Origin: Candidatus Thorarchaeota archaeon
GTDB taxonomy: Archaea; Asgardarchaeota; Heimdallarchaeia; Hodarchaeales; Hodarchaeaceae
Length of the DNA stretch: 32,000 nucleotides
Reading direction: 5' to 3'
NCBI GenBank assembly: GCA_048882505.1
Contig: JBHLRO010000027.1
Coordinates: 4,940-36,939, forward strand
Position 1 is the first letter of the stretch. Each line of letters begins with the position of its first letter. Made by a program: the position numbers and the translations under genes. Of the stretch, positions 1-8,225 are shown in pieces. The notes below the pieces were generated by a model. That model was not told the DNA's origin. It did no database searches and was given only the letters and a program-made list of their open reading frames with translations.

Positions 1-1462
1 CGATATCGGGCTGATATTCTATGGGTTCGATAAATGCCTTGACAACCTGTCCCCAAACAGGATGGGGTACGCCAATGACGACCGCATTTTTTACATGTGG
101 GTGCTTACGCAGGACATCCTCTACTTCCATTGGGTAGACCTTTTCCGCCCCAGTAATGATTAGTTCGTCTCGTCTGTCAACATAGTAGTAGTTTCCCTCT
201 TCATCAATAGTGAATAGATCACCGGTACGATACCATGATCCGTCAAAGGCCTGGGATGTTTTTTTTTCATCATGATAACGGTGCATAAGGGAGGGGGATC
301 GATAGATGGCTTCTCCAACTTCACCAGGGGCGATGTCATCTCCCTTTTCATTCACAATCCGCATTTCCACTCCACTAATGGGTTTACCAATAAATCCCTC
401 TTTTATCTTGGGGATATCATTTTTTGTTAAGAAGGAGTAAACCGCCGCTCCGATGTTTTCCGTTGATCCATACCCGTCCACTAACACGATTTCAGGAAAA
501 CGGGTTAAAATCTCCTTTTTCATTGATGCAGACATTCGTGCGCCACCCGAGGAGAATAGGGTCACAGACGACAAGTCATAATCGTCCAGCTGGGGAAAGT
601 CTAATAAGAGCCGAAACTGCGTAGGTACCATGAAGACGGTCGTAATTCGCTCTGTTTCAATGATTCTAGCAACTTCCGCAGGATCAAAACTCAACGACCT
701 AGGAAAGACAACCTGCCTTTTCATGGCTGTCATAATTAAAGCAGGGACAAATCCCGAGAGATGGTAAAGCGGAGTGGGAACCAAAAACTTGGGTTCATGA
801 TTAGTAGGGAGCATCGCAACTTCAGGAATTTTTCCTTCAATGATCAGTTCGAGACCATGTTCTGGAATCAGGTTGCATGCGTCCAACAATGCACGATGGG
901 TGAAATCGACTGCCTTGGGTTGACCTGTAGTTCCCGATGTATATAGCTGAACTCCTAGATCCGTTGACGAGACCGATATGTTAGGAAACGATGTTGAGGC
1001 ATTTTGCAACAGATCAGCCCATATGAGTATGTCCTGATTGCTAATTGGCACCTCATCCACGATAATACAAGGAAAACGATTCTTTTCCTTTGTTAATGCT
1101 TCTACGATATGATGACAGAAATGGGAGCTTGTTACGCATCCTTGCGGGCAACTTTTCCTAAAGATGTCAGTGAGTTCTGAGTGAATAAATCGGGTACTTA
1201 TCGGTGTTGGAACCATACCTGCACGTTGAGATCCATAAAACGCAATTAACCATTCCGGTCGATTCTCTAGCAGGATTAGGATATTCTTTCCTCGTCCTTT
1301 AGGAAAAAGATGAAGAAACATGTTGGCTACTTTTGATATTTCACGATCAAGTGAGGCCCACGTCAAATGAGACTTACCATACGTGACTGCAAGTTGATCA
1401 GCGTAATCACGGCCATTTATCGCGAGGAGGTCACTAAAAATCCTGGGAAAATCCTCCATCAT
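1..1462 (-). CDS. Acyl-CoA synthetase / long-chain fatty acid-CoA ligase (AMP-binding family), 3' end outside window
   Basis: Missing from the ORF track because it has no stop in the window. Manual translation from ATG 1462 (MMEDFPRIFSDLLAING...) gives the AMP-binding motifs YTSGTTGQPKAV, YGSTE and WYRTGDL, then DRRDELIITGAEKVYPMEVE, and reaches base 1. Confidence 0.95.
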   Translation of the reverse strand, partial: MMEDFPRIFSDLLAINGRDYADQLAVTYGKSHLTWASLDREISKVANMFLHLFPKGRGKNILILLENRPEWLIAFYGSQRAGMVPTPISTRFIHSELTDIFRKSCPQGCVTSSHFCHHIVEALTKEKNRFPCIIVDEVPISNQDILIWADLLQNASTSFPNISVSSTDLGVQLYTSGTTGQPKAVDFTHRALLDACNLIPEHGLELIIEGKIPEVAMLPTNHEPKFLVPTPLYHLSGFVPALIMTAMKRQVVFPRSLSFDPAEVARIIETERITTVFMVPTQFRLLLDFPQLDDYDLSSVTLFSSGGARMSASMKKEILTRFPEIVLVDGYGSTENIGAAVYSFLTKNDIPKIKEGFIGKPISGVEMRIVNEKGDDIAPGEVGEAIYRSPSLMHRYHDEKKTSQAFDGSWYRTGDLFTIDEEGNYYYVDRRDELIITGAEKVYPMEVEDVLRKHPHVKNAVVIGVPHPVWGQVVKAFIEPIEYQPDI

Positions 1463-1472
1463 GAGAACATCA

Positions 1473-1814
1473 TCATTTCATGAGGGCCTGAAGTTTTAAC
1501 AAGTCATTCATGGGTCCTTTTGCTTTAATTTTTCCTCCCATAAACGCTCGGGTCGGACTAATCTCGCCTGCCATCACACCCATGATTGTGTCTGTGGTAG
1601 TTGTGATTCCGAGATCGGCATTATCTGCAATCCCTTCTTTAATGGATGCAGTGCCGCCCTGAAAGACAATGTGGCAATTCGCGTCTTCCAAATCTGTAAA
1701 GCTAAATTGGAGTGTCTTATTGAAATCGACAAATCGTGATTGATACTTCGGATCGTCCATCTTCGAGGTCATTTTTGCTAGAGAATCCATAACTTCTTGC
1801 TTGGGTGCTGGCAT
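1473..1814 (-). CDS. SCP2 sterol/lipid-binding domain protein
   Basis: 113 aa with the C-terminal SCP2 pattern ADLGITTTTDTIMGVMAGEISPTRAFMGGKIKAKGPMNDLLKL; GTAGGTGA RBS; lies inside the lipid operon. Confidence 0.9.
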   Translation of the reverse strand: MPAPKQEVMDSLAKMTSKMDDPKYQSRFVDFNKTLQFSFTDLEDANCHIVFQGGTASIKEGIADNADLGITTTTDTIMGVMAGEISPTRAFMGGKIKAKGPMNDLLKLQALMK

Positions 1815-1842
1815 GTTATATCACCTACTTGTTGTTGATCAG

Positions 1843-2601
1843 TTACTTTCCCTGCCATTCGGGGTCTCTTTTCTCTATCCACGCGGTAAAACCTTCGATA
1901 ACATCATCAGAATGGAATAGAGAGTAAAAGGGCTCCCATAACTGCCCAACTTCACGTATACCGCGACGCAAATATTCTTTGGTATAGTTTTGGGACAGCG
2001 GAGCACAAAGCTTGATCTCCTCACACAATTCGGTCACAGCTTTCTCTAGATCATCGTGAGGAACCACTTTATTGATAAATCCCATCCGAAACGCCTCCTG
2101 GGCATCTATACTTTTCCCTGTGAATGTTAATTCCTTGATGTAACGCATGTTATACTCGTGAGCTCTTAGTATAGCGAGACCTGACATAAGTCCCCTTCGG
2201 TTCTCTCGAAAGGCAAAAATCGCCCTATCAGATGCTACGGCTAGATCGCAAAACAAGGTTAACTCAAAACCCCCTGCATAAGCGTGACCGTTTACTGCTG
2301 CTATGACGGGCTTGGGGTACCTTTGTAAAAGTTCGATTGGATCTAGAACTATGCCTAAAAACTCTCCAAGGCCTTTAAATCCAATTTCACTCATTTCCTT
2401 GATATCTAATCCAGCGGAAAAAGCAGTTCCTTCTCCTGTAATTACTAATGCTCGAACAGAGTAATCATCCCAAGTTGATTCAAGGACATCCATTAATTCA
2501 CGCCAAGTCTGGCGAGACAAGGCATTACGTACCTCTGGGCGATTGAATGTTATCCAACCAATCCCATTCTTTATTTCAAACTTTATACATTCGAAGGTCA
2601 T
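1843..2601 (-). CDS. Enoyl-CoA hydratase/isomerase (crotonase family)
   Basis: ITFNRPEVRNAL, AFSAGLDIKE and KPVIAAVNGHAYAGGFEL motifs; the second catalytic Glu is present (AFRENRRG). Confidence 0.95.
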   Translation of the reverse strand: MTFECIKFEIKNGIGWITFNRPEVRNALSRQTWRELMDVLESTWDDYSVRALVITGEGTAFSAGLDIKEMSEIGFKGLGEFLGIVLDPIELLQRYPKPVIAAVNGHAYAGGFELTLFCDLAVASDRAIFAFRENRRGLMSGLAILRAHEYNMRYIKELTFTGKSIDAQEAFRMGFINKVVPHDDLEKAVTELCEEIKLCAPLSQNYTKEYLRRGIREVGQLWEPFYSLFHSDDVIEGFTAWIEKRDPEWQGK

Positions 2602-2627
2602 TATGATTTATCTCCATTTAACCTAAT

Positions 2628-3875
2628 CTAGGCCAAGTCATCTGGGGACACACCACGAAGAACACGAGGCAGCAGGGAAGGATTGGGGCGTTTCCTAAAT
2701 TCAGTTCGTCCAATAAAAAGTCTTAATATATCATTTCCACCCCCAGTAACTAATGTAAGCAATGCATTCTTTAGAATGGAAGCCGCCTGAAATTCTTCGG
2801 TATACCCATCGCCTGAAAGAATGAATAGGACATCTTCTGCAATACGTATTAATGCTTCAGTAGAGAAAATTTTGCAGGCAGCTGCATCAACGCCGAATTG
2901 AAACATGTCTGCATCTTCGCTATCCAGTTGCGCAGCCAAAGAATACAGATAGGCACGCGTTACCTTTAATCTAATTGATGCATCTGCCATTCTGAGCTGG
3001 ACGGCCTGCCACCGTGAAACCGCCTGCCCGAACTGAACTCGTCGTCTTCCAAAGGCTCGGGCTGTTTCGATCAGTTGACGAGCTTGGCCAACTGTTGCAG
3101 CAATCCCTAATCGTTCAATATTGAGGCCTGAAGTCATGACTGTCCAGCCATCCCCTTCGAATAATATCATGTTGTCTTCTGGCACTAATACATCCCGAAA
3201 CCGAATGACACTGTTGTACATTTCAACATCCCCCGTAAGATCGTTGATTTTTTCAATGGTAATTCCAGGGGAGTCTCGTGGAATGATGAATGCAGTTAGG
3301 TGGGAATGGGTGGACCTTGCCTCCTCTGATGGATCCGTCAAAGTATAAACCATTAGGTAATCGGCCTTTGCTCCGAGTGTAATAAATCGTTTCCATCCGT
3401 TAAGGAGATATTCATTGTCTCCCTGTTTTTCCGCACGAAGTTGGATGTTGGCTGCATCATTTCCTACATCTGGTTCAGTTACACAAATAGCAGCCCACTT
3501 TTCTCCCTTAATCATTGGTACCAGAAATTTTTCTTTCTGTTCAGGGGACCCAAATAAATGAACGGGGCTTCCTCCAAAGACCGTCGTAAGTAATGGGTTG
3601 ATATTTAGAAAACATCTTCCAAATTCTTCATTGAGAATTGTATAGCCAGTGAATCCTTCATTTCGTCCTCCATAATCCTCCCCCACTAACATTGCCAGAG
3701 GATGGAACCCTTTATCCACTACGAATTTACTTAGATCCCATTGTACTTTCATTGCCTCCCGATAATCCATTTTATCCGCTTGGGGCCGTAATTCTGAGTC
3801 CACAAATGCTTCCACTTCTGCTGCAAAATGCTTGTTTTTATCAGTCCACCAAGGAAAACCTTCCATTCGATACAC
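2628..3875 (-). CDS. Acyl-CoA dehydrogenase
   Basis: AICVTEPDVGNDA, LNGWKRFITLG, GLNIERL, RRVQFGQAV and GDGYTEEF are all ACAD family motifs. Confidence 0.95.
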   Translation of the reverse strand: MYRMEGFPWWTDKNKHFAAEVEAFVDSELRPQADKMDYREAMKVQWDLSKFVVDKGFHPLAMLVGEDYGGRNEGFTGYTILNEEFGRCFLNINPLLTTVFGGSPVHLFGSPEQKEKFLVPMIKGEKWAAICVTEPDVGNDAANIQLRAEKQGDNEYLLNGWKRFITLGAKADYLMVYTLTDPSEEARSTHSHLTAFIIPRDSPGITIEKINDLTGDVEMYNSVIRFRDVLVPEDNMILFEGDGWTVMTSGLNIERLGIAATVGQARQLIETARAFGRRRVQFGQAVSRWQAVQLRMADASIRLKVTRAYLYSLAAQLDSEDADMFQFGVDAAACKIFSTEALIRIAEDVLFILSGDGYTEEFQAASILKNALLTLVTGGGNDILRLFIGRTEFRKRPNPSLLPRVLRGVSPDDLA

Positions 3876-3892
3876 CTTTTGTATTCAATTGC

Positions 3893-4156
3893 CTAAAGAC
3901 CATACCGCAACTTTACATCTCCGAATTTGTTAAGACCATCCACCGTGATTTTTGCCAGCTTGATTTTTCCTCGGTAATCACTCCAAAGATGCACAAATCC
4001 CTCCTGTTGCAGTGCCTGGAGGGTTTCATCAAGTAAGGTATCTGATTCGATACCTAATTTCTCCATTATATCCTCCCGTTCGCTGTGAAGTGATTGAGAG
4101 TATTCAAATTCCCGTACCAGCAAATTTAAAATGGTCTCTTTGAGATCAGCTGACAT
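3893..4156 (-). CDS. Small hypothetical protein, winged-helix-like (possible regulator)
   Basis: ATG 4156 follows a GAGGCGGTGA RBS. The 87-aa product has a helix-helix-helix-hairpin pattern ending LQQEGFVHLW...KLAKITVDG, typical of wHTH wings. The fold call is inference. Confidence 0.65.
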   Translation of the reverse strand: MSADLKETILNLLVREFEYSQSLHSEREDIMEKLGIESDTLLDETLQALQQEGFVHLWSDYRGKIKLAKITVDGLNKFGDVKLRYGL

Positions 4157-4198
4157 AGCGATCACCGCCTCGTGATTGGAGATAACAAATCAGTCTCG

Positions 4199-4212
4199 CT
4201 TATTAATATTTC
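4199..4212 (-). promoter_or_regulatory. Putative BRE/TATA promoter of the fatty-acid operon
   Basis: GAAATATTAATAAG on the minus strand, about 45 nt upstream of ATG 4156. Confidence 0.5.
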
Positions 4213-4494
4213 TTCAATAGCCAGTATATAACTACTTTACATTAGCATGCGCTAGTTTGCCCTCCTAGGTCTGTTCCAACAAGCCATGAGGAGTACAATA
4301 GTGTTTAGGTTTAATTTGAATACGATTTTTATCTATGGATTAACCAGTCAACCTTAAATGCGTCATTGTAAATAAAAAACCGAGCTTTGTCAATATCAAC
4401 AATAAATAAAAGCCGATATACTTATATCTCAAACCTACTGCCAAGGAATATTCAACTGATCCATTGAATGTTAATTCTCTCAGATCGTAGGAAA

Positions 4495-5067
4495 TCACGG
4501 CTTAATTTTTGAAATGTCGCCAATTGTACTGTAACTGCCAAAATCTAGAGAAATTATAGGATCCAATAGCTCATATCTCTTTTGATGATCTTTAGTATGT
4601 AAGATATCTTCCCAAATGTGAGCAGCAACTATTTCACCAAATATAACGAATCCTGATCCCACTTGTGTTGTGCTATGAAGTACGCACTCCAGGTTCGCTC
4701 TACATTCCTCAATTAGAGGGGCATCTACTTTCGATGCTCCTGTCATCGTGAATCCAGATTTTTTGATACGGTCATCCCCTTCCCATTTGATAGATTCGTA
4801 AGCCCTTTCCCCAATGGAAGAATCAACTATATTTACTCCAAAGCATTTTTTTATAATTATATTTCGTTCCGTAGGGCTCTTCTTCCTTCCAGAAAACATC
4901 AGAATCGATGGTTTCAAGGAAACCACGGATAAAAAACTCATAGGAGCAATATTCGGGGTATGATTTTCATCATATGTAGAAATAAGAGCCACGGGGCCTA
5001 CGAGTAAATTCGGATTCCATTCTGCCCTGTTGACTCCGTATTCCACTTTAGTAATTCCAGATCCCAT
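4495..5067 (-). CDS. Flavin reductase-like / flavoredoxin family protein
   Basis: GPVALISTYD...PNIAPMSF, FGVNIV, SKVDAPLIEECRANLEC and FGEIV motifs. Confidence 0.9.
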   Translation of the reverse strand: MGSGITKVEYGVNRAEWNPNLLVGPVALISTYDENHTPNIAPMSFLSVVSLKPSILMFSGRKKSPTERNIIIKKCFGVNIVDSSIGERAYESIKWEGDDRIKKSGFTMTGASKVDAPLIEECRANLECVLHSTTQVGSGFVIFGEIVAAHIWEDILHTKDHQKRYELLDPIISLDFGSYSTIGDISKIKP

Positions 5068-5209
5068 TTTATGTCTAACCTTTGCTTGTGTTCTCTATTT
5101 GACTAACTAATCCTTAATAATTCTCGCTGACAACCCTGTACCTTTAACGATGACCAGGCCAATCGAATCGGTGAACTCCCTAAGAACCTTCTTTGGAAAA
5201 GAAGGTCAT

Positions 5210-5836
5210 CTACCGTCCTCCAGGATTTATTGGAGCTTGTTCCCATTCACGGAGGAATTCCATGGATTGGCGAGCTTGATGGAGGACTGCAAATCGAGTA
5301 ACCTGTCTCCCCAGCTCTTTCAATCGGTGGCCTATCCTAGAATCCTTTATGTTTCCCATATCATCGAACTGCTTATAGGCCGAGGGGATAGAGACTTGTA
5401 GAGGAACCACCCAGGCATGCACTTGTCTACCGACCGAACGGAGCCCGTCCAAAGCGAGTGTGGATCCCATTGACCCCCCAGCTACCCCAAGAAGCCCTAC
5501 CATCTTAGATTCAAATTCATCAAATCCCATGAGATCGAGTGCGTTTTTTAGCACTCCACTGAAGGTCCCGTGATAGTCCGGCGTTCCAAGAATAATTCCT
5601 TCGGCTTTTTGTACCTCATGACGAAGTTTGAAGACATCCTCGGGCAGATCACTGCTATTTTCATACTGCTTGCAGAACGGTAGATTATAGTAACGAAGAT
5701 CGATAAGATGGGTCTCTGCTCCTAGCTCCTCAGCACCCTCTAAGGCAATTTTCAATGCCATTCGGGTGTAACTCTTTGATCTAAGACTTCCACAAATAGC
5801 AACAACTTTGACACTCTCTCGTGATGAAATGGACAC
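5210..5836 (-). CDS. NADPH-dependent FMN reductase (SsuE/flavodoxin-like)
   Basis: ICGSLRSKSYT, GTPDYHGTFSGVLKNALD and GVAGGSMG motifs. Confidence 0.93.
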   Translation of the reverse strand: MSISSRESVKVVAICGSLRSKSYTRMALKIALEGAEELGAETHLIDLRYYNLPFCKQYENSSDLPEDVFKLRHEVQKAEGIILGTPDYHGTFSGVLKNALDLMGFDEFESKMVGLLGVAGGSMGSTLALDGLRSVGRQVHAWVVPLQVSIPSAYKQFDDMGNIKDSRIGHRLKELGRQVTRFAVLHQARQSMEFLREWEQAPINPGGR

Positions 5837-5871
5837 TTCAACACCGTCCTACTGTTCTTAGATGATAACAA

Positions 5872-6117
5872 TATATTGTTTCAAAAAGCAATTCTAAAGC
5901 CATCATCCTTTTTTCGCAACTTAAGGATACCGTTCTGAAAGCCTTGCCTAAATAGGGCTTTTGTGGCCTTTTATGTCCAGGCTGGGTTGGTGCTTGTCTT
6001 CCTGCCTTACTGACGTGTGCCTGCCCATCGACAGGCCCTACTATCTCTTTACAGGCCTTTAGCGCCTCCGCAGAACTCGGGGCGACGGGAATCAGTAGAG
6101 TGGCTTGAGACAATATA
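5872..6117. other. 246-bp inverted-repeat-bounded, rod-folding element (structured ncRNA or MITE)
   Basis: Terminal IR TATATTGTTTCAA (5872-5884) / TTGAGACAATATA (6105-6117), 12/13 match, plus four nested internal stems. Core GC is about 56% by hand count versus about 33% at 6301-6420. Confidence 0.55.
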
Positions 6118-6455
6118 AAGCGATGGAACTAGCGCTACCTCCTTCGAATGATTAAGTCAGAAATGGGCTTTGAAAGCCTATTTCCATCGTTTCAAGATAT
6201 AATTCAGTAGATTTTTGATGGATAACTCTTCTAAATCCTCGGCAGCTAGTTTTAAGCGGACATCATTAGGATGAAAAGATAGAAATGTTGTAACTTCCTG
6301 GACAGAAAGAAAGGGGCTTTTCTGTTCCTTTGTGGTCGATAAATCTAACAATACCTCTCAGTATAATCCTATATATTTTATTATAAGCACAAGAACTTTT
6401 GAAAATTTCTGAACTCGGAGCCCGTCATACGATACAGAAAGGTAGCCGGCTTATT

Positions 6456-6932
6456 TTAAATCAATTCCTGCTGAACCCAGAGTGCATGGATTATGGCTAA
6501 TCCAAAGATTGAAACTCCGAGTGTCAAGTGAATGGTGCCGATTAGCACATTTTCTAATTGTGTTAAGATCACTAGGCCTCCTACTATTATTTCTCCTATC
6601 AATAAAGCGCTGATCAATATAATCAACTTGAACAGGCGAGGAGCCTCATCACGAAAGTTATATGAAAAGAGAAATGCGGATCCAACACTTATCGATAATG
6701 CACCTGCGATTATTCTATGTCCATATTCACCAACCAAGTGAGCTATAGGAGTATTAGGAGCATCAAAGGGAATTATCTGACCATGACACAAAGGCCAATC
6801 TGGACAGCCCAACCCGCCTCCAATTGCTTTAGTAATATTGCCCCAAATCATCAAAATGAGAGTTACAACAGGTATCACGTAAGAGAGTTTTTGATAATGG
6901 CTTTTATTACCAAGTATTCGCCTAAAATCCAT
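6456..6932 (-). CDS. ctaA: Short (about 4-TM) heme A synthase, COX15/CtaA family
   Basis: GLGCPDWPLCHG, EYGHR and a distal His (IHLTLG); about 158 aa from ATG 6932 (the ORF track extends it to 6989). Confidence 0.8.
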   Translation of the reverse strand: MDFRRILGNKSHYQKLSYVIPVVTLILMIWGNITKAIGGGLGCPDWPLCHGQIIPFDAPNTPIAHLVGEYGHRIIAGALSISVGSAFLFSYNFRDEAPRLFKLIILISALLIGEIIVGGLVILTQLENVLIGTIHLTLGVSIFGLAIIHALWVQQELI

Positions 6933-7112
6933 TATTCCGCCCATTAGTGCTATCTTAATGCTGTATAAAATTAATATTCCCTGAGTCAATTTCAGAATGA
7001 ATGCCTGTTAGCAAGACAGAGTTTCGAATTTTACCCGTTTTAAGAAGTAAAACAAAGATAAGCCAGGTAGATCGAAGTTTTTGGTGATTAAATCTTCAAG
7101 GAATGGAAATCA

Positions 7113-7685
7113 TTGAACCTAAAGACTTTCGTTATTGAAACCTTTGAAATTGCTAAATGAAATGTCCTAAAAGCTATATACAGGTTAAAACCAAGGGACT
7201 TTGAAAGACAAATAACATCAAATCTAAATCCAGTTAGATGGGGTATTGGCCACCTTACAATACAGATGGATACAGTTTTTAACCATCTTTGCCTTGGTGA
7301 TAGGAGATTAGACCAAGATTTCCGAGATTATTTTGTTATGGGCCCGGATAGAGCTAGTAAAAGAGAATTTCCGATGTCTTATAGGGCATTAATCGACCAA
7401 TTCCTTGAATTTTCCGAAGCTAGTATTGAATACCTCAATAACCTGCCGGAAGATAAGTTTATGGAACCACCAGCGCACAATACTAAAAAAAATACAGAAA
7501 CAATGGTTGAATTAATACAGAGGATTTCTCTTCATTTCATGGGTCACACTGGACAGATTTATCAAACCAAAAGAGAATTAGGGAAGGGGGGTACGTTTGT
7601 AATGGGAATAAAGAAGAAAAATCGGGATGATAGTAAAGCCAAATGGCTTTCCTGGTGGAATGCACACAAAAATAATTACCTTTAA
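7113..7685 (+). pseudogene. DinB/DUF664-like protein with an in-frame TGA at 7158-7160
   Basis: The frame of ORF 7266-7685 extends upstream through the DinB-type motif NPVRWGIGHL to TTG 7113 (LNLKTFVIETFEIAK*NVLKAIY). A second His motif (ISLHFMGHTGQI) is in the 3' part. Confidence 0.7.
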
Positions 7686-7883
7686 TCTGAAATGTCGAAT
7701 CACCTACGCTTTAATAAGATCATCGAGAGCCGCTATTCCGATGAATAAAGCAAAGATTACAGATTCCGAATTGGGGGATAAAAATATCAGCGTTACACCC
7801 AGTATTTATCAATCAGAAAGGAATTTAAAACGTAAAAGGATTGAAGGAAGAGAAAGACTACTAAAAAACACTTTCAAAGTACC

Positions 7884-8213
7884 TCAGAAATCTAGGCCCC
7901 TTTCTAGAGGTTTCCAGAGATATTTTTTGAAATCAATTCTGCCTTTTTCACTGAATACAATTCCTTCGGCTTCCAACATGGCTTTCTGCTCTTCATATCC
8001 ATGCATATGTGGTAATGAGATTCTTCCTTTGCTATTAATGACACGATGCCAAGGCAAGCCATCTTTTCGTGAGGATGAATGCAAAATCCAAGCCACTTGT
8101 CGGGAACCCCTCGGATTACCCGCATATGTGGCAATCTGACCATAGGTGGCTACAAAGCCTGCAGGGATTTTTTTTATCAAATTTTTGACCTGTTGTGTGA
8201 ATGTAGTGCTCAT
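7884..8213 (-). CDS. atl: Alkyltransferase-like (ATL, MGMT family) DNA-binding protein
   Basis: IPAGFVATYGQIA...RQVAW and PWHRVINSKG; Trp replaces the catalytic Cys of PCHRV. Confidence 0.9.
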   Translation of the reverse strand: MSTTFTQQVKNLIKKIPAGFVATYGQIATYAGNPRGSRQVAWILHSSSRKDGLPWHRVINSKGRISLPHMHGYEEQKAMLEAEGIVFSEKGRIDFKKYLWKPLERGLDF

Positions 8214-8225
8214 AAAAAACCTCTA

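Noticed and set aside
160-946. Short ORFs 160-351, 424-624 and 761-946
   Set aside because: They are shadow frames of the acyl-CoA synthetase at 1-1462.
5838-6113. 91-aa ORF
   Set aside because: It coincides with the fold-back element, has no recognisable motif, and its openness is explained by the locally higher GC.
6118-6192. Fluoride riboswitch (GCGATGG start)
   Set aside because: It lacks the UAAUGA plus pseudoknot 3' segment, and there is no downstream plus-strand gene.
5872-6197. SRP RNA, RNase P RNA or FMN riboswitch
   Set aside because: No CAGG-stem-GNRA-stem-AGCA helix 8, no UGUNR Alu motif, no GAGGAAAGUCC P4 strand and no RFN consensus.
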